64,000 nt of DNA, taken from positions 78,758 through 142,757 of the forward strand of contig CAZUPO010000001.1 of the NCBI GenBank assembly GCA_964621595.1, written 5' to 3'. The first letter of the stretch is position 1. The number at the start of each line of letters is the position of its first letter. A program made the translations under genes and the position numbers. The notes beneath the pieces are model-generated. The model was not told the origin of the DNA and ran no database searches. It worked only from the letters and a program-made list of their open reading frames with translations. Source of the stretch: an uncultured Candidatus Saccharibacteria bacterium. GTDB taxonomy: Bacteria; Patescibacteriota; Minisyncoccia; Phycocordibacterales; UBA5272. Positions 50,022-60,209 of the stretch are shown here, in pieces.

Positions 50022-50414
50022 TTATGAAGTAGTTCCTCCAGATTTTTGATGCTCGGCAAGCATATATTCCACTTTGTCTACAAGTTGCTTCCCAGAATAA
50101 TCAACTTTTAAAATAACCCCGAGCGCCCCAGCCTCCAGAACCTTTGCATTTATTTCTGCGTCCGAAATATTCGAGCAAACAATAACTGGTATGGGTAATG
50201 TTGTGGTCTTTTTCATGGTACGCAAAAACTCAAATCCGTCCATTTTCGGCATCATAAGATCAAGCAATATAACATCAGGCATTTTTTCAACAACACTATT
50301 AATACCGTCGAGTCCATTATCTTCCAAAATCACCTCATACCCCGCTTTTTCAAAACTGTGCCGGTAGATTTCCTGAATATCTTTATTATCCTCAACAATC
50401 ATTACTTTTTTCAT
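50022..50414 (-). CDS. Single-domain response regulator (receiver only)
   Basis: IVED, LLDLMMPKMDG; no output domain. Confidence 0.92.
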   Translation of the reverse strand: MKKVMIVEDNKDIQEIYRHSFEKAGYEVILEDNGLDGINSVVEKMPDVILLDLMMPKMDGFEFLRTMKKTTTLPIPVIVCSNISDAEINAKVLEAGALGVILKVDYSGKQLVDKVEYMLAEHQKSGGTTS

Positions 50415-50415
50415 A

Positions 50416-52071
50416 CTATGATACTGTTTCTTTGTCAGATGAGTTGACATCCCCTTCTGCAGCCGATGTCTTAGTTTTTGCGTCAAGAGATGCTTCTTGT
50501 AACTCTACATAAAAACGTGAACCTTTATCCTTACCGTCCGACTCCGCCCATATCTGACCATTGTGGGCACTTATAAATATCTTCGCTAGGTACAAACCAA
50601 GACCTGTCCCAAGAATATTTACCTTCTGCACATCAGCGCGAGAGAACTCCCGGAAGAGAGCAGACATTGTGTCCGGTGTAATTCCCACCCCTGTGTCACT
50701 CACCTTAATAAGTACTCGTCCATTTTCTCGTGTCACCGTGACATCAACGAGTCCTTTCGGGGTGTACTTGATAGAATTGTCGATGAGGTTTGTAATAACT
50801 TCTTTTAACTTCCCTCGATCAGCCATCACAAAACATTTCTCTTCTGTAGCAAGGCGCTTCGTCAATTGTAAATTTTTTTGGTCAGCGTTAACTTGAAATG
50901 TCCCTAGTATTTCATTTACGAGTTCTACAACATCCAATCGTTGAAAAACGTACTGAAGTTGCCCAAGTTCTATTTTTGACTTATTGAGATATTGCGAGAG
51001 GAGTGAGATAACTTCATTACCTGAAATCATGATCTTCTGCAACAAATCCACCACCTGTGGCGGTACGGTCCCCTTGTCCCCTTCAAGTAAAATAGAGGCG
51101 TAACCGCGCATAATAGTGATCGGCGTTCTAATCTCGTGTGTGGCAAATGTCATAAGTTCTGATTTTTGATCATTGGCCAATTCGATTTCAAACGTATTTC
51201 TTACAAGTTGGATACTGAGCGCCAAGGTGAGTACAAACACAAGGATACGTAAAAGGAGTTGTTCTATATTGTCCGCTAAAATAAGTTCTATAAGAGAGAC
51301 AACACAGAGGAAGAATGTGAAGATTCCAGCAAAAATATTTTTGACATGGAACATCTCCACCAAATAAATTGCGTACGCTGTGAACACTATAACTGGGAAA
51401 ATAAAGAGTGCTCCGAACGGAACAAAGTCGAAGTTATGGAAACCAATCGGTAGGATAAAACTAAATAGGAGGAGTAGTCCAGCGGTTAACGACATTCCGG
51501 TGAACATAAGTACATTTTGTCGTCTCTCGTCACCTTTGGTAATGTGTATCTTTCTGAAAAGTGTAGCGAGTCCTGCGGATAGGAAACTAAATGTCACGAT
51601 CCCGGCAAGCATGATGCCGTCGCTCTTCTCTGGGTTAGCAAACTCAGTGATTGAGATTAGATTATTAACCTGTGTAAAGAGAAATGGAACAAGGAGAAGC
51701 GCGGAAGCAAAGAATGCGAGCGGGAGAAGTACATACCTATGCCACAAAGGAAATTCTTTGTGCTCTGAAGGAAAAACAACTGCGAGCTGGTAAAAAGCAT
51801 AGGAGTGCCAAATGGTGAGGAAGATATGAATACGTAACGAGAGTACTGTTAATGACGGGTCTGTAAACTTATACAAGAAATAGTTCGATATTCCCCAAAA
51901 TACTGTAATGATAGAAAAGAAGAAAAATGTTCGACTGGTGATACTGCGTTTGCTTCTGTAAAGAACGATTGCGGCGAGAGACAAAATACCTACAACAGCG
52001 ACACCAACTCCAACTAAATCAAACTGTATACGATCAAAAAAATCCTGGAGTTGCACTACGAAGTCATTCAT
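50416..52071 (-). CDS. Multi-TM (7TM-like) sensor histidine kinase 2
   Basis: Many TM helices; ATHEIRTP H-box, NLIDNSIKYT N-box, GTGLGL G2-box. Confidence 0.92.
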   Translation of the reverse strand: MNDFVVQLQDFFDRIQFDLVGVGVAVVGILSLAAIVLYRSKRSITSRTFFFFSIITVFWGISNYFLYKFTDPSLTVLSLRIHIFLTIWHSYAFYQLAVVFPSEHKEFPLWHRYVLLPLAFFASALLLVPFLFTQVNNLISITEFANPEKSDGIMLAGIVTFSFLSAGLATLFRKIHITKGDERRQNVLMFTGMSLTAGLLLLFSFILPIGFHNFDFVPFGALFIFPVIVFTAYAIYLVEMFHVKNIFAGIFTFFLCVVSLIELILADNIEQLLLRILVFVLTLALSIQLVRNTFEIELANDQKSELMTFATHEIRTPITIMRGYASILLEGDKGTVPPQVVDLLQKIMISGNEVISLLSQYLNKSKIELGQLQYVFQRLDVVELVNEILGTFQVNADQKNLQLTKRLATEEKCFVMADRGKLKEVITNLIDNSIKYTPKGLVDVTVTRENGRVLIKVSDTGVGITPDTMSALFREFSRADVQKVNILGTGLGLYLAKIFISAHNGQIWAESDGKDKGSRFYVELQEASLDAKTKTSAAEGDVNSSDKETVS

Positions 52072-52145
52072 ACTACAAGTAAGTATAACGCACCACACCC
52101 CAGAACACCTGTGAGTATCTTAGGCAATACGCCTGTGTAGGCATG

Positions 52146-52517
52146 TTATGCCTCCACGTTCAAAATATGACTGATCTTGTCCACCAATTGCTTACCAGAA
52201 TAATCCACCTTGAGGAGTACTGCATTAGCCCCAGATTCAACAGCCTTTGCGTACGTTTCTTTGTCTGAAAGGTTGGAACATACCACAACAGGGACTTTGA
52301 TGTCAGTGTTTTCCTTGAGTGCTTTTAAAAATGCAAAACCATCCATGTTCGGCATCATCACATCAAGAAGAATAATATCTGGCTGCTTCTCTACTACAGA
52401 TGAAATCCCGTCGAGTCCATCGAATTCTTGGAGTACCTCATATCCGGCACTTTCAAAATTGAGTTTATAAATCTCCTGTAGATTCTTATCATCCTCAATA
52501 ATCATTATCTTTCTCAT
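52146..52517 (-). CDS. Single-domain response regulator (receiver only)
   Basis: IIEDD, LLDVMMPNMDG; paralog of 50022-50414 (shared LKVDYSGKQLVDK). Confidence 0.92.
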   Translation of the reverse strand: MRKIMIIEDDKNLQEIYKLNFESAGYEVLQEFDGLDGISSVVEKQPDIILLDVMMPNMDGFAFLKALKENTDIKVPVVVCSNLSDKETYAKAVESGANAVLLKVDYSGKQLVDKISHILNVEA

Positions 52518-52536
52518 ACTGTTTTTGTGCCTTTAA

Positions 52537-54159
52537 TTATAGCATCGGGAGAGTGACAGAGAAAGTTGACCCCTTGCCCAGCCCTTCGGAATCTATAAAA
52601 ATATATCCTTTATGCGCTTCAATAATCTCATGTGCAAGGTAAAGCCCAAGTCCAGAGCCACCACCGTTAAGTACTGCCCCCTCTCCACGACCAAACTTGG
52701 TAAAGAGTTTTTCTTTTGTTTCTGGAGAAATACCCACACCAGAATCACTGACAGAAAATATAATTGTTTTATGTTCTTCATCACGGACAAGTTTCACCTT
52801 AACAAAACCTTCTTTTGTGTATTTGATACTATTATCAATGAGATTTAAATAGACTTGCTTTATCTTTGTGCCGTCAGCGCTCGCCATGAATGATTGTGAT
52901 CCATCGATTTCTGAAGTGAATGTAAGGTGTCTGTCTTCGGCGGCAATTTTCATATCTGACACAAGATCCAAGAATGTCGACTTAAGATCAGTCGGCGCAA
53001 ACACATATTTCATACCCCCCTGCTCTATTTTTGTAACATTCAAGAAGTCCTCTACTACACTCGCGAGCCCCTGCGCCGCAGCATAGATATGACGCACAAT
53101 CTCCTTTTGCTTATCAGAGAGCTCGCCAACAATACCATCAGTGAGTGTAGAGGCATATCCCTTGATGACAGTGAGAGGACTACGAAGTTGGTGGGAAGCG
53201 AGTGACACGAACTCCGACTTCAACTTATCAAGCGATTTTAATTTTTCGTTTGCAACAGCAAGGTTTTCAGTTAGATGTTCGAGAATGAAGATATTTTTTA
53301 CAAATTGAATAGAAATCAACAAAACAAACAGAAAAATACCCGAGCGAAGTATAAGTTGTCCCGTATCATCCGCAAAAATAACTTCCAAGAAAGTCACCAC
53401 ACACAATCCAAAAGCCATTAGAGATGAGCCTATGTTCTTAACTTTGAATGCCTTATGTTTGAAAATAGCGTACGTTGTGAAAATCGAGAAGGGAAAAATT
53501 GTCAAAGCACCCAGAGGAATAAATCTTATAATCTCGAAGACCGCGGGAAGGATTAGATTGAAGGTAAATAATAAAATAAAAGTTAATATGGCTCCTACTA
53601 ATATTAAGATAAGCGGACGTCTTTCTATTTTTTTTGCTTTTATTATTTTTTTAATGAGGATTACAAAAGAACTGATCACTAAGATACAGACGGTTAATAA
53701 AAATAATAAGATCCCTTTCTCAACAACTGGCTCTGGTTTATTATCTAGAAAAGTGACGCCTGAAAAAACAAGATTCCCTAAGATTGTCCAAAGTGAGATA
53801 AAAAAGATGTACGGTAGTAAAATATATTTATGCCAAACAGGAAAAATAACTCTCTCCTTGGGAAATACAAAAAGAAAATTAAAGAATGTGTAGGAATGCC
53901 AAAAAGCAAGGAAAATAACGATTTTCCATAAAGAAAGTACTAGGTCGGGATTATTTGTTTGATAACTTACATAATTAAAAAAACTCCACAACATAGTAAC
54001 GACACAAAACAAGAAAAAAGATACGTTGGTATAACTCTTGCTATTACTTGTATAAACAATAAAACCCAATAAAGCAATCGCTGAGATTGTTACCCCGACT
54101 GTTAGTAAGTCAAGATTAAGAAAATTTAAATTTTGAATTAGGAATACTAAATCTTTCAT
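52537..54159 (-). CDS. Multi-TM (7TM-like) sensor histidine kinase 1
   Basis: ASHQLRSP H-box, NLIDNSIKYT, GSGLGL; paralog of 50416-52071. Confidence 0.92.
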   Translation of the reverse strand: MKDLVFLIQNLNFLNLDLLTVGVTISAIALLGFIVYTSNSKSYTNVSFFLFCVVTMLWSFFNYVSYQTNNPDLVLSLWKIVIFLAFWHSYTFFNFLFVFPKERVIFPVWHKYILLPYIFFISLWTILGNLVFSGVTFLDNKPEPVVEKGILLFLLTVCILVISSFVILIKKIIKAKKIERRPLILILVGAILTFILLFTFNLILPAVFEIIRFIPLGALTIFPFSIFTTYAIFKHKAFKVKNIGSSLMAFGLCVVTFLEVIFADDTGQLILRSGIFLFVLLISIQFVKNIFILEHLTENLAVANEKLKSLDKLKSEFVSLASHQLRSPLTVIKGYASTLTDGIVGELSDKQKEIVRHIYAAAQGLASVVEDFLNVTKIEQGGMKYVFAPTDLKSTFLDLVSDMKIAAEDRHLTFTSEIDGSQSFMASADGTKIKQVYLNLIDNSIKYTKEGFVKVKLVRDEEHKTIIFSVSDSGVGISPETKEKLFTKFGRGEGAVLNGGGSGLGLYLAHEIIEAHKGYIFIDSEGLGKGSTFSVTLPML

Positions 54160-54165
54160 AACTTT

Positions 54166-55218
54166 TTAATTTATAAAGACTGGTTCCATTCTTTTAGAAA
54201 CTGCCGTAGGCTTTTCTGCTTTACCAACTCTAAAAATAAAACCAATATGAGCACCATTGGTATTGAAAGAATTTTCAAGTACATGGAATGATTTGTTGAT
54301 AAGATTAAGGTGTTCTGTATTAAAAATTGTATCTCCGCCATTTTTACAAAACTGATGTAAGTAAAGGGTCCCATTACAAGGATGTACTGCTAGACCTAGT
54401 TTGGTTGCCATTAACCAAGATCTTTGCACGGCGCGACCAAGATGTAAAAAATCAACTGCTGAAAAACCCTTCATTGTAAGGGCACAAAAGGCCGCTGAAT
54501 TGGTATATTTTTCACCATTCTCTTTGCTAATCTTATCGGCTATTTTTAAAAAAAAGTTAAAAACCTTTAATATATTCCAGTTTTTGAATAGTTTAACAGC
54601 TCCGAGTTGATGAGGTAAAAATTCAAGAGTATCAATAAAAAAACCACCAGATTTATTTTCGTCTTCTTTTCTCCAAATAATATGTTTGTAAAAAAAATCA
54701 TGCATGGACTTAGTTTCAAATAACACTTTCTCATGCGCGGAAAGAGCATACCCAACATCCTTCATCAAGATTGGATCGTCAACAAAAACAAGAGAACCTT
54801 TTTCATAGGAAGTTACGGAGTTTAAGATATCTATTTTTTCTTTTTCATTTAATTTTTCTTTTTTATAATCTTTTCGATTAGTACATCGTGTTCTTATAAA
54901 ATTATAAAGAGTATCTTTTTGAGAATTTTGTTTTTGAAAAAAAATATCTGCTGTGTGCGAAAGATTGCTATTGTCAGGTAATAATGTAACGACTGGATTA
55001 TATCCACGTTCCAGTGCGCTTAAAAAAATATTTTCTATTAGCGCTCCGTGTGCTATGTAAGAGCCTCTTTGTTTTATGTTATATAAGGATTTATCAGCTT
55101 CTTCAATGTTAAAGATAGACAAAATATTGTTTTTGTAAAGAAATTTCCATGGTTGGCAATTCTCTCCTGATGGAGCACAGACTCCATCCCTTACGATATC
55201 TTTAATCTCTTCTGGCAT
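54166..55218 (-). CDS. Nitroreductase-like (Acg/Rv1355c C-terminal type) flavoprotein
   Basis: APSGENCQPWKF, R.TNR..Y, GR.VQR.WL.AT..GL motifs. Confidence 0.82.
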   Translation of the reverse strand: MPEEIKDIVRDGVCAPSGENCQPWKFLYKNNILSIFNIEEADKSLYNIKQRGSYIAHGALIENIFLSALERGYNPVVTLLPDNSNLSHTADIFFQKQNSQKDTLYNFIRTRCTNRKDYKKEKLNEKEKIDILNSVTSYEKGSLVFVDDPILMKDVGYALSAHEKVLFETKSMHDFFYKHIIWRKEDENKSGGFFIDTLEFLPHQLGAVKLFKNWNILKVFNFFLKIADKISKENGEKYTNSAAFCALTMKGFSAVDFLHLGRAVQRSWLMATKLGLAVHPCNGTLYLHQFCKNGGDTIFNTEHLNLINKSFHVLENSFNTNGAHIGFIFRVGKAEKPTAVSKRMEPVFIN

Positions 55219-55243
55219 ATTTATAGTTTATCATCTAGAAAGA

Positions 55244-56431
55244 CTACAGACCAAACACCTTTCTGAAAGTGTCCGCTGCGTACTTTCTTTTAAGTATTTC
55301 ACCCTCTTCAAGATAGTCGGGTGTGAATTTTTCGTCTATTGAAAGCACAACTCTGTTATCCTCGACAGATTGGTTGTTCAATATTTTTCGAATACAGTAT
55401 GCCACGGCGACACCGTTAACTAGAGCCGCTCCTCCAAGTTGGGGCCAAGAAACAATAGTCTTCCCCATTTCTAAAAGTGATTCCTGCATCCGCACTGTCA
55501 CATTATCAGCGCCAACACATTTTGTTGCCATTTTACCAATTCCGAATTTATCAAGTTTAAGTAGAGAGTCATAAGATAAATCTTCACCGAGACGACCGTG
55601 GAAATATTTTATACTTTCATCTAAATCATATCTTTCGATATCGATTACCGCATTATCTCCATTATCAGTGCCCATTAATACTGGAATTTTATATTCTTTT
55701 GCCTTTTCTCTGATCAAATATTTTACCGCTATATTATCTAATTCATCAACTACAATATCTAATCCTTTAAAAAAAGTGTCGATATTTTCTGGGTGTAACC
55801 CTTCGGGGAAAATTTCGATTTCAGCATACGGATTAATTTCATAGATTCGTCGTGCAACCATTTCCACTTTTAATATACCCAAATTATCAACTCCTATTAG
55901 AATTCTGTTAGTATTAGAAAGGGCCAATCTATCCATATCAGCAAGTTTCAAATGCTTTGGTCCACCTTGTAGAGTTAGTGCAAACGCAACTGACGAACCA
56001 ACACTCAAACCCCCAATACCAACTGTAGCGTTATAAAATTTTTGCTGTTCTTCATGCGAAATTAAATTTTTATTTCTTGCCGTTCGTACTTTTTCGAAAT
56101 CAGGTTCGTTTAAAATATGTACAAGTTTTGATGACCATGGGAAATAGACCCACTTTCCATTTTTATATAAAGGTTTTTCTTTTTTAAGACTTTCATAAAA
56201 ATCTTTAAAGTCATTCTTGTAGTTACTTGTATAGACTTTGGCAGGATTATTAATACCGAAAAGTTCAAGAAGTAGTTCTTCATAATCATCTACTGTATAT
56301 TGGACCCGGCCATCAGCAATCATTGTATTGACAATATCTTCTTCTTTGGGATTTGAAAGATCGAAGAAAATGGGGCGGAAATTTTTATTATCCTGCTTCG
56401 TAATAAGTAAATCTTCGGTATTATAAGACAT
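55244..56431 (-). CDS. ThiF/E1-like adenylyltransferase, Rv1355c (MoeY)-type
   Basis: WVYFPW...R..RN.NLI..EEQ, GLSVG, D.L.LSN.NR, SWPQLGG motifs. Confidence 0.88.
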   Translation of the reverse strand: MSYNTEDLLITKQDNKNFRPIFFDLSNPKEEDIVNTMIADGRVQYTVDDYEELLLELFGINNPAKVYTSNYKNDFKDFYESLKKEKPLYKNGKWVYFPWSSKLVHILNEPDFEKVRTARNKNLISHEEQQKFYNATVGIGGLSVGSSVAFALTLQGGPKHLKLADMDRLALSNTNRILIGVDNLGILKVEMVARRIYEINPYAEIEIFPEGLHPENIDTFFKGLDIVVDELDNIAVKYLIREKAKEYKIPVLMGTDNGDNAVIDIERYDLDESIKYFHGRLGEDLSYDSLLKLDKFGIGKMATKCVGADNVTVRMQESLLEMGKTIVSWPQLGGAALVNGVAVAYCIRKILNNQSVEDNRVVLSIDEKFTPDYLEEGEILKRKYAADTFRKVFGL

Positions 56432-56523
56432 ATCTATTAATTATAAACTAAGCATAACACAAATGAGCTAATAGCAACATGTTACCTAAACAACGAACAA
56501 TTGGAGGTAGATACCGACTGATG

Positions 56524-58050
56524 TTAATGTGAGCCAATCCATTTCTGTTTACCTTTTAAAGAAAAGTGGGTTTCGTCTCCATATTTATAAAAAACTAACT
56601 TTGGATATACACGAGATCCTATTGTCTCATAAAGTTTCTTGTATTCACTACTCTGTTTAAGTAAAGTTGTATGGATATCTTTTAAAACCTGATTTTTGGT
56701 TTTTGAATTCACAGTAACATTCCTCTTTAGTTCCAAGTTGATTTCTAAATATTGATTTTCATTTTTATCATTTTTTGTAAACATAGTAAACTTTCCAGTA
56801 GTAATCTGACTAGAAATCTTTGAAGCAAGGCCTTTTTTTATATACTCCGGGTAAACAAGGGCCCCGTACAAAGTTGTAGAGAAATCTGATCTTTCGTATA
56901 CATACACAAAGGGTAATTCAGTGATGGTATCTTCTAGGCCTGTTTTTTTTATCTCTTCCTTAATATCAACCCCTGCGTTTATACATGCTTTTAGCACATC
57001 ATTAAAAGAAAGTACCCCGCCCTGATCTCCTATGTCGTATCTAACCAACGGAAGAGCATTATCTGCTGTGCATAAAATAACACCCGTAGGCGCTTCGAAA
57101 TTTATAAAGTCTGGAATATACTGAGCAAATGTTGGTAATCTGTTAGCTTGATTAAACAAATTACTATATAATTTTTTATTCTTGACGGCGAGTCGTCTTA
57201 ATAAAATTGTTAGCGGCGTTTCTTGAGCCATACTTCCAAGTTCGGCACTACCATAGATATTCATCATATCTCTGTACATATTTTTGATACCCATTTTTTT
57301 AGTAATATATTCTCGAAAACTCTCAGAAAAAGACTCCGCGGCGAAGATGACTTTAATTGAATATTTTTTCCAAAAAACATTACTGAACTGTGCTTCATCA
57401 GCAAGATCTTTAATAAACGGTGGATAGCCACATATAATAATATGATCAAAAAAACTACCGAGACTTTTGATTGCCTGATAAATTTCTGCCTTGTTGATTC
57501 CTGGGGTAATAATTGTTACGGGGAACCCTCGCTCCCCCATATGTTTGAAGGCTTGATATGTAATCAACCCACCAATCCATACCCCCATACCGAAACAATC
57601 GATAACCAGGGTTGATTCTTTTTTTTTGATTCTAGAAATTTGGAAAAAAAGTTGATGGGAAACAGACGACTGTAAATCAATTTTCTCAACTCTAGGAAAA
57701 TAAAAAGGTGTGCCCGTAGAACCTGATGTTGCTGTTAAGACTAGTGATTTTTTTTGAAAAACTTTTTTTTTGCACAAATCAACCCATTTGTAAAGACGAA
57801 GAAAATTTTTTTTACTAAAGGATGGAGTTTTGTCTATTTTGAGTTTTTTTATATTTACACCCGACTTGATAAGAAAATCTTTATAGACTGGTATATTCTT
57901 CGATGTTTCTTGTAGGATTTTATTGAGTCTTTTACTTTGAATCGCAGACCAACTTTCGCTTTTTAAAATAAAAAGTGAGTTTACATAGTCATTATATATT
58001 CTAGATGACTCTTGTGACGATTGTGTACCAGGTAAAACGGGGGTGGCCAT
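56524..58050 (-). CDS. Phenylacetate-CoA ligase (PaaK)-like adenylate-forming enzyme
   Basis: TSGSTGTP, GYPPF, NIYGSAE, PLVRYDIGD motifs. Confidence 0.87.
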   Translation of the reverse strand: MATPVLPGTQSSQESSRIYNDYVNSLFILKSESWSAIQSKRLNKILQETSKNIPVYKDFLIKSGVNIKKLKIDKTPSFSKKNFLRLYKWVDLCKKKVFQKKSLVLTATSGSTGTPFYFPRVEKIDLQSSVSHQLFFQISRIKKKESTLVIDCFGMGVWIGGLITYQAFKHMGERGFPVTIITPGINKAEIYQAIKSLGSFFDHIIICGYPPFIKDLADEAQFSNVFWKKYSIKVIFAAESFSESFREYITKKMGIKNMYRDMMNIYGSAELGSMAQETPLTILLRRLAVKNKKLYSNLFNQANRLPTFAQYIPDFINFEAPTGVILCTADNALPLVRYDIGDQGGVLSFNDVLKACINAGVDIKEEIKKTGLEDTITELPFVYVYERSDFSTTLYGALVYPEYIKKGLASKISSQITTGKFTMFTKNDKNENQYLEINLELKRNVTVNSKTKNQVLKDIHTTLLKQSSEYKKLYETIGSRVYPKLVFYKYGDETHFSLKGKQKWIGSH

Positions 58051-58159
58051 ATATTTAAAGTCTTACTATTCTATAACTATTTCTAAGTTTTGTATAGTTA
58101 AATGACTGTTTATTTTTCTAATAGGTCAATCTCTCAGTGAATTAAATTTTATAACACTT

Positions 58160-60106
58160 TTACCCCAATAATGCGTAATCGATGAGGCGTAGTTCGAGGT
58201 TTGCATTTTTTACTTGTATACGGACTGGGGTGCCTATCTTGTACTCAATCCCTGTTCTTTCGCCAAATACTCGTCCCCCTTTTTGATCGTATACATAAAA
58301 ATCATTTCCAAGGTCGCGCAACTTCACCATACCCTCACACTTACTCTTCTTTTCTTCGACATAGATTCCCCACTCGGAAACGCCGGTTACCATTCCTTCG
58401 AACTCTTGCCCTATGCGATACGACATATACTCAACCTGCTTATACTTGATACTTCCACGCTCTGCGTCAGAGGCTTCTTTTTCTCGACGTGATGCTTTGA
58501 CACACAATGATTCATAGAGTCCGCGCTCTTCAACATTTGGATATTTGTCTTCGACTACTTGCATGAGGAGTCGATGAGTAAGGACATCTGGATAGCGACG
58601 AATAGGAGATGTGAAGTGAGAGTAGAAAGAAAATGCAAGGCCATAGTGACCAATGTTTTTTGTGCTATACACCGCCTTTGCCATCGAGCGAGTAATGTGA
58701 ACCTGCAGAAGTGCTTTCTCAGGTCTATCCCCCATCTTCTCAAGAAGCGCATTTAGATCCTGTGATGGTATGAGACCGTCTGTAAAACGCACATGATACC
58801 CAAGACCACGTATGTAGAGATCAAGTTCATGCATACGATCAGGATCTGGCTTGTCGTGAATACGATACACGCACACCGCATTTCCTTCGCCATTCTTTTT
58901 CTCCTGCATTTCTGTAATGTACTTGCTAACATATTTGTTTGCTAAAAGCATGAACTCCTCGACAAGTTTGTGTGTGTCCCCTCGCTCTTTTGTATAGACA
59001 TCTACCGGCACACCCTTCTCGTCTAACTTAAATTTAACTTCTTGCGTTTCGAGTTGAAGTGCGCCATGTGCAAAACGCTCTTTCGTAAGATTCTTCGCAA
59101 TCTTGTTCAAGATGTTTAACTCTTCGTAGAAGTCACCGTTGTGGGTGTCTAGGGTTGTTTGCGCATCCTCGTAGGTGTATCGACGATGTGAGTTAATAAG
59201 TGAACGCCCGTACCACTCATTGTACACTTTACCCGCATCATCGATCTCAAGTACACATGACATAACAAGTCGATCTTCCCCTTGCACCAAAGAACATAAA
59301 TCATTTGAGAGAACTTCTGGAAGCATAGGAATGCAGCGATCAACGAGATACACACTTGTCTCGCGTGCTATGGCTTCTTCATCAAGAGCAGTACCTGGGC
59401 GAACATAGTAAGAAACATCTGCGATATGAATACCAACTTCGTAATGACCATTATCTAGCTTTTTGAACGATAGGGCATCATCAAAATCCTTCGCATCAAG
59501 CGGATCAATGGTAAATGTTGGTATAGAGCGAAAATCACGACGACCTTGTTTGTCTTCCTCGGTAATACCACGCTTTTTTATAGTTTCAGCCTCTTCATTG
59601 ACTTGCTTGCCATGTTCATCACTGAAGCCACGCTCAAGGGCGTACGCAAGCATTTCTGCATCATTCTCTCCGGGGTGCCCGAGGACGAACGCAACTTCCC
59701 CGATTGGAGACTTCTTTGCATCTTTCCAGTCAGTGATACGTGCCACAATCTTCATCCCCGGTGCAGCGTCGTGAAGAGCATCATGTGGAATGAGTATATC
59801 TGTATACATGCGTTTGTCATCGGGAACGAGGAAATACATCCCGTTATCTGCTTCGAGAATACCGGCGTATCCATGCTTGTTACGCTCAACGATACTTGTG
59901 ACAGTTCCGTAAAGTTCATCTTCGCCGCGGAGATTTTTCTTCTTACCAAATATTTCAACTTCAACAATGTCGTGATGTAATGCAGTATGCAAGTGACTGT
60001 GGTCAATGAAAATAGCACCCTCACCATTTTCCATGAGGTCGGCTACTCGCACGTAACCATCTTTTTTTGATGTAATACTTATTTGCCCTGTATGACGGTG
60101 ATCCAT
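58160..60106 (-). CDS. rnr: Ribonuclease R
   Basis: TIDPLDAKDFDDA, VEEFMLLAN, HFTSPIRRYPD; C-terminal S1 domain. Confidence 0.95.
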   Translation of the reverse strand: MDHRHTGQISITSKKDGYVRVADLMENGEGAIFIDHSHLHTALHHDIVEVEIFGKKKNLRGEDELYGTVTSIVERNKHGYAGILEADNGMYFLVPDDKRMYTDILIPHDALHDAAPGMKIVARITDWKDAKKSPIGEVAFVLGHPGENDAEMLAYALERGFSDEHGKQVNEEAETIKKRGITEEDKQGRRDFRSIPTFTIDPLDAKDFDDALSFKKLDNGHYEVGIHIADVSYYVRPGTALDEEAIARETSVYLVDRCIPMLPEVLSNDLCSLVQGEDRLVMSCVLEIDDAGKVYNEWYGRSLINSHRRYTYEDAQTTLDTHNGDFYEELNILNKIAKNLTKERFAHGALQLETQEVKFKLDEKGVPVDVYTKERGDTHKLVEEFMLLANKYVSKYITEMQEKKNGEGNAVCVYRIHDKPDPDRMHELDLYIRGLGYHVRFTDGLIPSQDLNALLEKMGDRPEKALLQVHITRSMAKAVYSTKNIGHYGLAFSFYSHFTSPIRRYPDVLTHRLLMQVVEDKYPNVEERGLYESLCVKASRREKEASDAERGSIKYKQVEYMSYRIGQEFEGMVTGVSEWGIYVEEKKSKCEGMVKLRDLGNDFYVYDQKGGRVFGERTGIEYKIGTPVRIQVKNANLELRLIDYALLG

Positions 60107-60209
60107 ATGTTACCTAAAGTAACTCATAGTGTAGCACATGTATTGTAATAAATTGACATGTTGATGTATTTATTATAGTGTTTTCATAACCAACATTCTG
60201 GAGGCCTCC

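Noticed and set aside
55244-56431. MoeB/ThiF of molybdopterin or thiamine synthesis, or a RiPP cyclodehydratase
   Set aside because: No CxxC zinc motifs, sulfur carrier, YcaO or precursor peptide nearby; motifs fit the Rv1355c type
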